DNA from: Candidatus Omnitrophota bacterium
Lineage (GTDB): Bacteria; Omnitrophota; Gorgyraeia; Gygaellales; Profunditerraquicolaceae
Assembly (NCBI GenBank): GCA_030650425.1
Contig: JAUSED010000009.1
Span: 142,846 to 206,845 of the forward strand
Length of the DNA stretch: 64,000 nucleotides
Direction of reading: 5' to 3'
Shown here piece by piece: positions 26,845 through 36,476 of the stretch (position 1 is its first letter; each line of letters begins with the position of its first letter). The notes beneath the pieces were generated by a model that saw only the letters and a list, made by a program, of their open reading frames with translations, had not been told where the DNA came from and did not search any database. The position numbers were made by a program, and so were the translations under genes.

Positions 26845-28240
26845 ATTTTTCCAATACTCTGGCAAATACCCGTACAACCTCAGGACTAAACTGGGTTCCC
26901 GCGCATTTTTCTATCCTCGCCAACGCCTCTTTTTTGGTTAACGCCGTATTATAAGAACGCGAGGTAATCATCGCGTCATACGCATCCGCGACCGCGACGA
27001 TCTGCGCGAAAATATCGATCTGATCGGCTTTCAAGCCGTCAGGATAACCTTTGCCGTCATAATGTTCATGATGCGACCGAACCACAGAAAGCATTTGCGG
27101 ATCCGAGACTACGGGTTTTAATATCTCTTCTCCTACCTCAGGGTGTTTATGGACGATATCCCATTCACTTTCCGACAGGCCCTCTTTCTTATTCAATATA
27201 TCCTCATGGATGCCTAATTTTCCGATATCATGCAGCTGCGCTGTTTTTTTCAGTAATTCCGCCTTTTCAAGAGGCACCCCCATTTCCAGCGCGATCCCAT
27301 AGGCATATTCCCCAACCCTGTCCGAGTGGCCGCGGGTATAAGGATCTTTTGCTTCTAAGCTGCGCACCATTGCCTGCACCACGCGATAAAAATAATCGCG
27401 TAATTTGTCCCGGGCAGCTGCCAGGCTTGAGGCCATATTATTAAAAGAGGCGGCGAGTTGGCCAATCTCATCCTGAGAGGAAATCTCCACTCGATATTCC
27501 AAGTCGCCTTTGGTTATATGCTTAGTGCCGTCAATTAATTTTTTAATCGGAGCGATTATTCTGGCGGAAAATATGAAACCGAGGCCCAAGGCAATAATCA
27601 CACCCATAAACAAGACAAATATACCCCTGTATAATAAATCTCTTCCGGCAGAATAGACATCAGCGGCATCTATATCTATACCCAAAATAGCAACAGGACT
27701 GTTTCTCTGATCAAAAATAGGCGCATACCCTGAAAGAAGTTTACCCCATTCATCAATAGTCAAGTTAGTGTCCACGCTGGCTCCGGTAAAGGCCTTAAGC
27801 ATTTCGGGAAAACGCTGGGCATCGTATTTATCACCGGGATAAGATGTCGCTCCCAACCTGGTAATTCTTTCTGTCAGCGCGTCAGGATCAACCACAAACT
27901 GCCAGATACCCGGCTGATCTGTTTTGGCCATTATATAGATATACCTAATAACCGGATTAACCTGTTTTATTTTTAACAACTGGATAGCAATGTTCTTAAA
28001 GGAAGGGTTATTTATTCCCTCACGATTGAGTGGAATATTATTCAGCGCGGCGGCATCAATGGAAAGAGCGGCTGTTTGAGTAATTACCTTAAGTTTATCT
28101 CTAAGCTGATCGAACTGTGATTTTAAACTGTATCTAAAAAGGATAAAATTCCCCAGCAGCGCCACAAATAATAAAGAGAGAGTAAAAGACAGGGTTACCT
28201 TTACGTAAAAACTATTAAAAATTGATCTTTTCTTTTTCAT
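26822..28240 (-). CDS. Membrane HAMP + HD-GYP c-di-GMP phosphodiesterase
   Basis: Two TM helices, DEIGQLAASFNNM, YTRGHSDRV, LHDIGK, HHEHYDGKGYP. Confidence 0.9.
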   Translation of the reverse strand: MKKKRSIFNSFYVKVTLSFTLSLLFVALLGNFILFRYSLKSQFDQLRDKLKVITQTAALSIDAAALNNIPLNREGINNPSFKNIAIQLLKIKQVNPVIRYIYIMAKTDQPGIWQFVVDPDALTERITRLGATSYPGDKYDAQRFPEMLKAFTGASVDTNLTIDEWGKLLSGYAPIFDQRNSPVAILGIDIDAADVYSAGRDLLYRGIFVLFMGVIIALGLGFIFSARIIAPIKKLIDGTKHITKGDLEYRVEISSQDEIGQLAASFNNMASSLAAARDKLRDYFYRVVQAMVRSLEAKDPYTRGHSDRVGEYAYGIALEMGVPLEKAELLKKTAQLHDIGKLGIHEDILNKKEGLSESEWDIVHKHPEVGEEILKPVVSDPQMLSVVRSHHEHYDGKGYPDGLKADQIDIFAQIVAVADAYDAMITSRSYNTALTKKEALARIEKCAGTQFSPEVVRVFARVLEKYGSKNNP

Positions 28241-28257
28241 ATATCTTAAGTGAAGCT

Positions 28258-28313
28258 AAGGGACAGTTTCCTGTCCGGCCTCCGTGAATAGCCATCTACG
28301 GAAACTGTCCCTT
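28258..28313. repeat. Variant family-D element with perfect 14-bp IR
   Basis: AAGGGACAGTTTCC...ATAGCC...GGAAACTGTCCCTT. Confidence 0.7.
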
Positions 28314-28336
28314 GAACCGCTTTATTGATTACTTCT

Positions 28337-28504
28337 TTAACGTCCTTCGTTCTTACGCTTGGAATAACATTCCTTGCAGTATATCGGACGGTCTTCTCTG
28401 GGTTTAAAAGGAACTTCGCACTCTTTTTTACATTCTGAACAAACCGCTTTGTGCATCTCCCTTGGCCCGCCAAATCCACCGCCACCACCACCTTGATACG
28501 CCAT
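28337..28504 (-). CDS. CxxC-x17-CxxC zinc-ribbon protein
   Basis: REMHKAVCSECKKECEVPFKP...RPIYCKEC; RBS AGGAGG. Confidence 0.85.
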   Translation of the reverse strand: MAYQGGGGGGFGGPREMHKAVCSECKKECEVPFKPREDRPIYCKECYSKRKNEGR

Positions 28505-28567
28505 CTTGCTGCCTCCTTGTTGGTACAACTTTGCTACACCCGAAAGGTGACCATCACCTTTCTTATT

Positions 28568-29062
28568 TTACCTATAATTCCCAAAATTAAGCGGGATAGA
28601 AAAATCCAAACCGCGTAGATGCGCGATCACTCCCTGCAGTTCATCTTTCTTTGGGGAGCTTACCTTTATCTTCTCCCCTTCGATCTGGGTTTGTACCTTG
28701 AGCCCCAAACCTTTAATGATATTCACCAATTCTTTGGCCTTTTCCTTCTCAATCCCCATGCAAATCTCCGCTGCCTGACGCAGATAACCTTCAAAAGCCT
28801 TTTCAGGCTGATTAAATTTAAGCGATTTAAGCGAAACTCCCCTTTTGGCCAGCCGCGTAGCCAGCATATCAGTAAGAGCGCGCAGTTTGAATTCATCATC
28901 CGCAACCAGAGTAATCTTATTCTCTTCGCGGTCAAAGGCAATCGAGGCCTTGCTATCTTTAAAATCATAACGCTGGGAGAGCTCCTTACAGGCTTGATTT
29001 ACCGCGTTATCCACTTCTTGTAAATCCACCTCCGAGATAATATCAAAAGAAAAATTTGCCAT
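28568..29062 (-). CDS. yajQ: YajQ-family c-di-GMP/nucleotide-binding protein
   Basis: SFDIISEVDLQEVDNAVNQA..E...RYDFK; C-terminal FGNYR. Confidence 0.92.
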   Translation of the reverse strand: MANFSFDIISEVDLQEVDNAVNQACKELSQRYDFKDSKASIAFDREENKITLVADDEFKLRALTDMLATRLAKRGVSLKSLKFNQPEKAFEGYLRQAAEICMGIEKEKAKELVNIIKGLGLKVQTQIEGEKIKVSSPKKDELQGVIAHLRGLDFSIPLNFGNYR

Positions 29063-29073
29063 TACCTATCTCC

Positions 29074-29481
29074 CTATTTTTTAATTACCTTAAAGGAATT
29101 AAAACTTTTATCACTCTTCTCTCCGCCGAAGGCAACCCGTATCAGACTCCAGGTATAAATTTGACTGTCATCAAATAAATCAGCTTTAATTTTAATCGAA
29201 GATTCTCCCGGAGATATATTTTGTTTATAGATCAGGGCTGATTCGTACATACTATAACCTCTATATATTTTAAAGATGAAATGATCTGTCCCTATGTAGG
29301 TATTAAACCATCGAAACTCCAATGGGTTATTTCCGAACAATATAGCCGTATCATAGATAGGATAAAGCAGCCGTGGCTCCGGCGGCGTGCCCATACGAGT
29401 AAACCTGACATCGTTGGCAGAAAGATAGGTGGTAAAAAATAAAACCAAAGCCACAACTATCAATACCCAACTCTTTTTCAT
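29074..29481 (-). CDS. Exported hypothetical protein (Ig/FN3-like)
   Basis: Signal peptide; P.LLYP...EFRW...YTW. Confidence 0.65.
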   Translation of the reverse strand: MKKSWVLIVVALVLFFTTYLSANDVRFTRMGTPPEPRLLYPIYDTAILFGNNPLEFRWFNTYIGTDHFIFKIYRGYSMYESALIYKQNISPGESSIKIKADLFDDSQIYTWSLIRVAFGGEKSDKSFNSFKVIKK

Positions 29482-29988
29482 TTACTTGGAGCGATCCAAA
29501 TCGATGATTTTAGTATTGCCAAATATTGTCCTAGTCACAGGCTTGGAAAGATTGCTTAACTTGTCCGTAACATCACTTATACGTTCGAAATTACCTTTGA
29601 TTGTACTCAATCTATCTCTTATCTCTTGAGGAAGATTGAGTTTCTTAGCCTCGTCTTCAATCAATTGGAAATTGCCTCGGATGACTAAAAGCGGATTACT
29701 AATCTGGTCGCCTAAGGTTAAAGTAGTTTCGGTGATGGCGGCAAGCCTGTTCTTTTCAACCAGCTCAGAGATCAATGCCATGAGCATCTTCCTCCCCACC
29801 ACTATCCCCAAAATAAAAACTATCACCGTAAAAAACATAACATAGCCTATCTGGCCGACGAAAACCTTAAAGGAAGAAACCTTGCTTACCAAAAGATAAA
29901 CGAAAACCAAGAAAGGAATGACGCCGATAAGGCAAACCGCCAGGTTAAAATTACGCCTTTCTTTTACAATTAGTTCTTTAACAGACAT
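29482..29988 (-). CDS. Two-TM protein with degenerate HisKA-like dimerisation helix
   Basis: TLGDQISNPLLVIRGN, where the H-box His appears replaced; no ATPase domain. Confidence 0.6.
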   Translation of the reverse strand: MSVKELIVKERRNFNLAVCLIGVIPFLVFVYLLVSKVSSFKVFVGQIGYVMFFTVIVFILGIVVGRKMLMALISELVEKNRLAAITETTLTLGDQISNPLLVIRGNFQLIEDEAKKLNLPQEIRDRLSTIKGNFERISDVTDKLSNLSKPVTRTIFGNTKIIDLDRSK

Positions 29989-30437
29989 CGCTTTCTCCTT
30001 TTAAGTATTAACAAAAGCGCTGCGTAAGAAATCAGGCCTAAAATTAAAGAGATTACAAGATATCCGCAGATGACCGGAAGGATAATCTTTAAAAGGGATA
30101 CACTGAATAAGTTTTGCCAATGCCAGTTAGTTAAAAGCAAAGACCAGTCATTCTTCAAACCCTGCCAGCTAACCTTAAATATAGCAGAACCGGTTTTAAT
30201 TGCCAAGAGAAAAGTTACTAAACTTAACCAGGTATTAGTAAGGATGCTCCCTGCTAAAGCGCTGGCCCGGTTTACCCTAAACACGAATGCCAGGAATAAA
30301 GCCGCTAGCGGCCCGGCCCCGGGTAAAATCCCCGCGAATACCCCTATGCCGAAACCCGCGGCAATCTTTTGCGGCGTATCATTAATGATAAAGAGTTTCT
30401 GGTATAAAAAATCCTTAATTCTCAAAATTCTATTCAT
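29970..30437 (-). CDS. DUF2062 membrane protein
   Basis: DTPQKIAAGFGIGVFAGILP...RVN. Confidence 0.8.
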   Translation of the reverse strand: MNRILRIKDFLYQKLFIINDTPQKIAAGFGIGVFAGILPGAGPLAALFLAFVFRVNRASALAGSILTNTWLSLVTFLLAIKTGSAIFKVSWQGLKNDWSLLLTNWHWQNLFSVSLLKIILPVICGYLVISLILGLISYAALLLILKRRKRCLLKN

Positions 30438-31416
30438 CTTTTAAGACTGATTTTATATTCACTCCGGCAAATCTCTCTAAACCGTAAGATTCCTGGATCC
30501 AACCCTTCCCTAAACCATACTTCTCCATAATCTCTCTTGCCTCTTTATATTCTTTAAGTTTCAGCCTGCGATTAATCTCTTTAAATTCCGCCGCCCGATG
30601 ATACGGTAGATACTGGCTCATCAGGCTGATATAAGTATCGCGGGATAATTCCTCAGCAATAAATTTCATAATCTTTTCTGTACCAGATAGATTATTGGGT
30701 AGCACAAGGTGCCTGATGATTATTCCGCGCTCAATGATCCCTGATTCATCCATCCGCGCTATACCGGCCTGTCGATACATCTCCTTAATTATCTTGCGGT
30801 TATATTTTGGATAACCCGGAGCATTGGAGAACTTAACCGAAAATTCCTCATCGGCATAGCGCATATCCGGTAAATATATATCGATGATTCCATCCAACAA
30901 TTTTATTATTTCTGGTAGTTCATAACCACTGGTATTATAGACTAATGGTATATTTAACCCCGCTGATATGGCGATTTCCAAGCTCTTAAGTATCTGCGGC
31001 AAAACATGGGTAGGAGTAACTAAATTGATATTGTGGCACCCCATTCCCTGCAATTCCAGCATAAATCCGGCTAAATCCTCAAATTCAACTTCCCTCCCCT
31101 GGCCTAGCTGGCTAAATTCATAGTTTTGGCAATAAAGGCAACCCATGTTGCAGTTTGCAAAGAAGATTGTGCCGGAACCCTTGATGCCGGATATTGCCGG
31201 CTCTTCCCCCTGATGCGCCATATAGCTGTAAACCTTAGGTTTTAACCCCGTCTTACAGAAACCTTTTTCATTCTTAATCCGGTTTACTTTACACTTCCGC
31301 GGACAGATGGAACAGAATTCCAGCTCTTTAAAAAGCCTATCGATTGCCTTATCAAGGCTTCCGTTTTCAAAAGCCTCTAAATAAACGGGTTTATTTATCC
31401 TTGATCTGTTTGGCAT
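30430..31416 (-). CDS. PflX-like radical SAM protein
   Basis: CSICPRKC, GEE..ISG..GSGTIFF..CNMGCLYCQN, RHLVLP. Confidence 0.88.
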   Translation of the reverse strand: MPNRSRINKPVYLEAFENGSLDKAIDRLFKELEFCSICPRKCKVNRIKNEKGFCKTGLKPKVYSYMAHQGEEPAISGIKGSGTIFFANCNMGCLYCQNYEFSQLGQGREVEFEDLAGFMLELQGMGCHNINLVTPTHVLPQILKSLEIAISAGLNIPLVYNTSGYELPEIIKLLDGIIDIYLPDMRYADEEFSVKFSNAPGYPKYNRKIIKEMYRQAGIARMDESGIIERGIIIRHLVLPNNLSGTEKIMKFIAEELSRDTYISLMSQYLPYHRAAEFKEINRRLKLKEYKEAREIMEKYGLGKGWIQESYGLERFAGVNIKSVLKDE

Positions 31417-31918
31417 ACAATTCTCTGATTTGATTAAAAATCTCTATGTATTCAGGGGTTCTAAAATCAGGGTAGGTCCATTGCCACGCTTCAAAGCTTT
31501 TTCCCCGGTAAAACAAAGTAGTTTCCGCGTATATACCTTTATCCAGATATACCCGGTGAATATAGTCCTTAGTTGAAACTAAGATAAGCTTCGCCAAATC
31601 CAGGTATCCCGGATCAATATTGACCAGACGATGGCCTTTAGAAGATAATCTATTTTCTATCTTATTAGTTAAAATTTTTATACCGGTGATTTCCCGCGGC
31701 TGGATAAGCTTGCTAAAGCTTACAAACACCCGAGACAAATCTTTACCAAATTCTTCCTGATAATATTCCGTAAGCGTAAACGGAATAACCCGGCTTTCAA
31801 AATCAATTTTTCCAAAACGCCGGATAAGGAGAAATTTTGACCTGCAAAACGCCTGCTCATCTTTAAAAATAAAACCGACAATAAGCTTAACTGGCTTAGT
31901 GGGAGCTATTTTCCCCAT
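31391..31918 (-). CDS. DUF4416 family protein
   Basis: YY..EFG..L.R.F, R.VNIDPGYL, STKDY.HR.YL..GIYAE, WTYPDF. Confidence 0.85.
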   Translation of the reverse strand: MGKIAPTKPVKLIVGFIFKDEQAFCRSKFLLIRRFGKIDFESRVIPFTLTEYYQEEFGKDLSRVFVSFSKLIQPREITGIKILTNKIENRLSSKGHRLVNIDPGYLDLAKLILVSTKDYIHRVYLDKGIYAETTLFYRGKSFEAWQWTYPDFRTPEYIEIFNQIRELYAKQIKDK

Positions 31919-32304
31919 CTCTTGCCTGGAGAAGCTGCTCTGGCTGGATCTTGAGGCAGAAACTGATTGATGTATTCAGTGATAATCTTACGCTGGGAAT
32001 TGTTTATCCGGCTAAAAAAGATAGCAATATTAAAATTATCTTTATCTTTATCCTCTGTCCGGACAATTGTGCCCTGGCAATCAATGGTGCAGTGTTTATC
32101 GCTCTCTTTGGCCCTAATCGGAAGAGTTAATTTAATGGAGACCCTCGTAAAAGGAGGTATATATTTGTTGATCTGGCAATAAGCGCCTAAACAGCTTATA
32201 TTCTCTGTAGTCGTGGAAAAATCATAGCCATTGGCAGCAACCTTAAAAGGAAGATTCTGTTGGAGACGCGGATGCACCCTTCTCTCTAGTCCGGACTTTT
32301 TCAT
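31906..32304 (-). CDS. PilZ-domain protein
   Basis: ERRVHPR...ENISCLG. Confidence 0.8.
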   Translation of the reverse strand: MKKSGLERRVHPRLQQNLPFKVAANGYDFSTTTENISCLGAYCQINKYIPPFTRVSIKLTLPIRAKESDKHCTIDCQGTIVRTEDKDKDNFNIAIFFSRINNSQRKIITEYINQFLPQDPARAASPGKRWGK

Positions 32305-32486
32305 TTCTGGGCTGTTTTAGCTTTCTTAATAAAATTCGACCAGCATCTTTTGGTACAATAATATTTGCCGTCACGATAATAACGCCTTATTTTCTTAATC
32401 GGTTTGTTACAGCTTAAACAATTTGTTTGCTTCTCTTCTTTGGGTTTAGCCTCTGCTTGAACGGGGGCCTTAGATTCAGTTGCCAT
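32301..32486 (-). CDS. Small zinc-finger hypothetical protein
   Basis: CLSC...YYRDGKYYC..RC; RBS AGGA. Confidence 0.7.
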   Translation of the reverse strand: MATESKAPVQAEAKPKEEKQTNCLSCNKPIKKIRRYYRDGKYYCTKRCWSNFIKKAKTAQK

Positions 32487-32504
32487 CTTGCTTAGTTTCC
32501 TTTC

Positions 32505-32852
32505 TTAAAACCTGTTAGTTTGCATGTGAATATAATCTTCCAAATAATGCCTCTCAAACTGATCCATCTCCAGAAATTCTACTCCTAAACTTCGCTGATC
32601 AGAATGAGGTAAAGGCTGGCACCAGGCAACTCTTCCGATTGGATGCAGGACTCTGGATAATACATTAATTTCCAGCATGAGCGGGGTCTGAGGCGCAATG
32701 TATTTATGCGTGTTAAAACCTACGCCGAAAATACTTATATTATTAGAAATAACGTTAGCAAATTCCGAAGCAACCCCTCTTACGTGATAGCGCATTTCGG
32801 CTCGTAAGCCTACTCTTGGGGATCGCCTCCTGACTTCTTGATTCGTAACCAA
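32505..32852 (-). CDS. PilZ-domain protein
   Basis: RRRSPRV...NNISIFG...GRVAW...GVEF. Confidence 0.8.
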   Translation of the reverse strand: MVTNQEVRRRSPRVGLRAEMRYHVRGVASEFANVISNNISIFGVGFNTHKYIAPQTPLMLEINVLSRVLHPIGRVAWCQPLPHSDQRSLGVEFLEMDQFERHYLEDYIHMQTNRF

Positions 32853-32965
32853 GACCCTCCTTTTTTTAAACAGGAGAAACCGTGGTTCTCTTCTTTTTTA
32901 AAGAATACCATAAATTTTAGAAGATGTCAACTTTACAAATTAATTATTTTTGCTATAATGCATTT

Positions 32966-33793
32966 ATGTATTGTAAATTCTATGGACTTAAAGAACGGCC
33001 TTTCAATGTTACCTCTGACCCGGATTTCTTTTTTTTAAGCGCCAGGCATAAAGAAGCCCTGGCCCACCTGCACTACGGAGTGAACCAACGTAAGGGCATT
33101 ATTGTTTTAAGCGGCGAAATAGGCACAGGGAAAACGACTATCTGCAGATTCTTTATTAATCAGTTGGAAAAGAATGTGCGTACCGCCCTCATCCTAAACC
33201 CTCATTTTTCGGAAATACAACTATTAGAAGCGATTGTCAGGGATTTCGGCATAAACGCGGACAATCAAAACCGTCTGGGCTTGGTCAGAGAATTAAATTC
33301 TTTTTTACTTAATGAATCGGGGTGCGGGAATAACGTGGTTCTGATTATCGATGAAGCTCAGAATTTAAAGCCCGCGGTGCTTGAGCAAATCCGCCTCCTT
33401 TCAAATTTGGAGACTGAAAAAGAAAAACTCCTGCAGGTTATCCTCGTGGGACAACCGGAATTAAACACCCGGCTAAATCTTTATGAATTACGCCAGTTAA
33501 GGCAAAGGATAATGGTCAGGTACCATATCCTCCCCTTAGAACGCGCTGAAATAAGGGATTATATTAAACACCGGCTTGACGTCGCGGGATTAGCCAGCAC
33601 AGAGATAGAGTTCAGCGAAGAAGCGATCATGGCTATCGCGGATTTTTCCTGCGGGACTCCGCGCTTAATTAATATGCTTTGCGATCGGGCGCTGCTGGCG
33701 GGATTTAACGCTGAAACCCGTAAAATCGATCAGAATATTATTAATAAGTGCCTCGAAGAATTAAATAGTTACGTTACGGAGTTTAAGGTATGA
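32966..33793 (+). CDS. ExeA/GspA-family AAA ATPase
   Basis: FYGLKERPF...PDFFF, GEIGTGKTT, IDEAQ, LVGQPEL, G.PRLIN.LCD. Confidence 0.9.
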   Translation: MYCKFYGLKERPFNVTSDPDFFFLSARHKEALAHLHYGVNQRKGIIVLSGEIGTGKTTICRFFINQLEKNVRTALILNPHFSEIQLLEAIVRDFGINADNQNRLGLVRELNSFLLNESGCGNNVVLIIDEAQNLKPAVLEQIRLLSNLETEKEKLLQVILVGQPELNTRLNLYELRQLRQRIMVRYHILPLERAEIRDYIKHRLDVAGLASTEIEFSEEAIMAIADFSCGTPRLINMLCDRALLAGFNAETRKIDQNIINKCLEELNSYVTEFKV

Positions 33794-34293
33794 GCATAAT
33801 CTATGACGCTTTAAAAAAAGTGCAGAAGAATAATGGCAAAGATGAAACTCCGCAGGAAGAGACCGCCCAACCTGTCAAAACTAAGATAAAAATTAACCCT
33901 ATGCTTATTTATATACTAGTAGTCTGCCTCGGGTTAGCATTAGGCAATCTTGCCTATAATTTTTTTGGCCATTCCAATAATATGGTTCCATCTAACAAAG
34001 AGGTTGCTGGTCAGTCAAAAGCAAACCCTCCCCTTCAAACTCTTAGCCAAACAGGAACAGCTCTACCCCTAAAGCCGGATACTTCCGCTAATCCCACCCC
34101 CCCGGCTAACCCAGAACCAACTCTGGCCTTAAATGGCGTATTCTTTGAACAAGGAGAAGGCTACGCTTTGATTAATAACAAGATTGTCAGGGTGGGAGAC
34201 GAAATCAGCAACGCAAAGGTAAAAGAAATCGCTATAACTGGCGTAGAACTGGAATTTGAGGGTAAAACGATTAAACTTGCCAGCCCTTCTTAG
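33790..34293 (+). CDS. GspB/ExeB-like protein
   Basis: MSIIYDALKKV, TM helix, Pro-rich linker, LNGV......ALINNKIVRVGD. Confidence 0.75.
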   Translation: MSIIYDALKKVQKNNGKDETPQEETAQPVKTKIKINPMLIYILVVCLGLALGNLAYNFFGHSNNMVPSNKEVAGQSKANPPLQTLSQTGTALPLKPDTSANPTPPANPEPTLALNGVFFEQGEGYALINNKIVRVGDEISNAKVKEIAITGVELEFEGKTIKLASPS

Positions 34294-35407
34294 ATTGCTT
34301 CGCCACTCGCTTTGCTCGTGGCTCGCAATGACAAAGTATCGCCGCCTCGATAATTTCTAGAGGAACATTCTCTACGATTTTAGTCTTTCCTAATCCGGTA
34401 AGTAAAACCAATCTGTTTTTAGCTCCCCTAAATTTTTTATCCCGGTGAAAAGACTTGATTATGCCTTTAAGGGAGACGCCCTTAATCACCGCTGGAAGCC
34501 CGAATTCTTTTATAAGATTTTCTACTCTTGCTTTTAAACGGCTATTGATCAGGCCCATCTTTTGGCTTATCTCTAAAGCAATCAGCATTCCTAAAGCCAC
34601 TGCCTCCCCATGCGCATACCGGCTAAACCCCGACGCGGATTCAATAGCGTGCCCTAGCGTATGGCCAAAGTTCAAGACCGTCCTTATTCCTCTTTCTTCC
34701 CTTTCATCAGCCTGCACAATATCCGCCTTTATTTTACTGGAAACGCTGACGATATGTTCCAAGGCGGAGTTCTTAAGGCTAAAAATATTTTTTCGCTCAT
34801 TTTCTAAATACGCGAAAAGCCGCGGATCTTTGATTACGCCGTATTTAATTACCTCGGCTAAGCCGGCGCGCAGTTGCCTGAGGCTAAGGGTCTCTAGCAG
34901 CCCAACATCGCTAAGCACCAAACGCGGCTGGTAAAATGCCCCGATTAAGTTCTTCCCCTCTTCCAAGTCAACTGCTGTTTTCCCTCCGATAGCAGAATCT
35001 ACCTGCGCCAGTAAAGTCGTGGGTACTTGCAGATAAGGGATCCCGCGCTTATAGATCGAGGCAACTAACCCGCTTAAATCTCCAACCACGCCTCCGCCCA
35101 AGGCAATAATGAAAGTTCGTTTCTTCAGGTCAAATTTAGCTAAATCTTTAATCACGGCAGATAACACGGGAATGGATTTACTTTTTTCAGTATCGGGGAT
35201 AGTCTTAATCTTAAAATTAAAACCGGTTTTTTCCAATTCCCTGACTAAGGCAGGGAAACATTTATGCTTGACTAAAGGATTAGTAATGATATAAGCGCTC
35301 TTACCCAGATTGAGTTTTTTGATATATTTACCCAACAGGCGGATTGAATTTTTACCTACGACTATATCGTAAGAACGCAAACCCAACTTTAGTCTGATAA
35401 TGCGCAT
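34271..35407 (-). CDS. aroB: 3-dehydroquinate synthase
   Basis: GGGVVGD, PTTLLAQVDSAIGGK, LNFGHT.GHAIE, HGEAV. Confidence 0.95.
   Translation of the reverse strand: MRIIRLKLGLRSYDIVVGKNSIRLLGKYIKKLNLGKSAYIITNPLVKHKCFPALVRELEKTGFNFKIKTIPDTEKSKSIPVLSAVIKDLAKFDLKKRTFIIALGGGVVGDLSGLVASIYKRGIPYLQVPTTLLAQVDSAIGGKTAVDLEEGKNLIGAFYQPRLVLSDVGLLETLSLRQLRAGLAEVIKYGVIKDPRLFAYLENERKNIFSLKNSALEHIVSVSSKIKADIVQADEREERGIRTVLNFGHTLGHAIESASGFSRYAHGEAVALGMLIALEISQKMGLINSRLKARVENLIKEFGLPAVIKGVSLKGIIKSFHRDKKFRGAKNRLVLLTGLGKTKIVENVPLEIIEAAILCHCEPRAKRVAKQSKKGWQV
34292..34333 (-). repeat. Family-A palindromic element at the aroB/gspB junction
   Basis: Minus strand TGTCATTGCGAGCCACGAGCAAAGCGAGTGGCGAAGCAATCT; encodes CHCEPRAKRVAKQS in AroB. 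Confidence 0.8.
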
Positions 35408-35408
35408 A

Positions 35409-36170
35409 TCAACCGGCTACCTCGATAATTTTTACCTCTATCACAGGGTATTTTACTTTTAATCCGTTGATTATCGATCCTACGACTTTTACTTTCTGGC
35501 GGTTAAGGGCATCCAAACTCGCGCGGTTACCCTTTAAAAGGAAGGTTTTATGATCTGGAGTAATCAGCTTATGCGTAGCCGGCCGCATAAATACTATACC
35601 GTACGGCTGCACTATGCCCGTAAAGACCATAAGATTATCGGGGTTTTCCTGAGGAATGCTGGTTTTGTTTTGGGATACAACTTTATCAACAAACTTTTTG
35701 TGCACCCAACCGAAACTATTTTGAATGGGTTCTATTTTATACCAACCACCGGATTCAGAGACTACATCCACTATTTCATCTTTATCAGCTATGCCGACAA
35801 TAGGAGCGCTCTCGCTGGGTTTAATCCGGATATTCACCCGATCTCCCAAGATTTTAGCGCTTAAACACCGCTCAATAGAAGAAGGCCCTGCCATTTGGCT
35901 ATCCGCGTACTTTATGCAGGCGGCCAAATTTTTCTTCATGTAAACAGGGATATTTTTGGGGAGCCTGATTTTATACCAGTCGTAACTCTCTGAAACCACC
36001 TCTATCCGTTCACCCTTATTTAAGGCAGATATAACCGTCGCGCTGGTCGTCGCGTCTGAACGCAGGTTAATCTGCTTAGCGTTAATTTCACCGAAAAAAG
36101 GTGTTTCTTCGGCATAGGCCTGAGTAGAAGAAAGCGCCAAAACAGAAAACGCTAAAAAAAGAAGTTTCAT
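35409..36170 (-). CDS. Exported SH3b-domain protein
   Basis: Signal peptide; two INLR/VNIR...WYKI SH3b repeats. Confidence 0.8.
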   Translation of the reverse strand: MKLLFLAFSVLALSSTQAYAEETPFFGEINAKQINLRSDATTSATVISALNKGERIEVVSESYDWYKIRLPKNIPVYMKKNLAACIKYADSQMAGPSSIERCLSAKILGDRVNIRIKPSESAPIVGIADKDEIVDVVSESGGWYKIEPIQNSFGWVHKKFVDKVVSQNKTSIPQENPDNLMVFTGIVQPYGIVFMRPATHKLITPDHKTFLLKGNRASLDALNRQKVKVVGSIINGLKVKYPVIEVKIIEVAG

Positions 36171-36472
36171 TTCTTTTCCTGAGCTTTAGAGGCTCCTTTT
36201 GGAGCAGCTGTTTTTGACGCAACCGCTTCTTTGGCGCCTGCTGCCGGCGCAGCTGCTGTGGTTTGTCCGGCAGTTGTGCCATCCGCTGCTTTTTCAATTT
36301 TCTCTTTCTTAATCTTAATCCTGATCGTCTTTATCTTCGGTAAACCGTAGACCTTATCCCCTTCTTTCCACTGCCCTTTTTCCAGCATATTTCTGATTCT
36401 TTCCGTGCGTTTTAATACCGATCTTTGTTTCTTGTCACTTTCCGATATTGCTAATGATGGATGTATTGACAT
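36167..36472 (-). CDS. PVC-superphylum small basic protein
   Basis: MSIHPSL...RSVLKRTERI..M...G.W...D.VYGLPK. Confidence 0.85.
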   Translation of the reverse strand: MSIHPSLAISESDKKQRSVLKRTERIRNMLEKGQWKEGDKVYGLPKIKTIRIKIKKEKIEKAADGTTAGQTTAAAPAAGAKEAVASKTAAPKGASKAQEKK

Positions 36473-36476
36473 GTTT

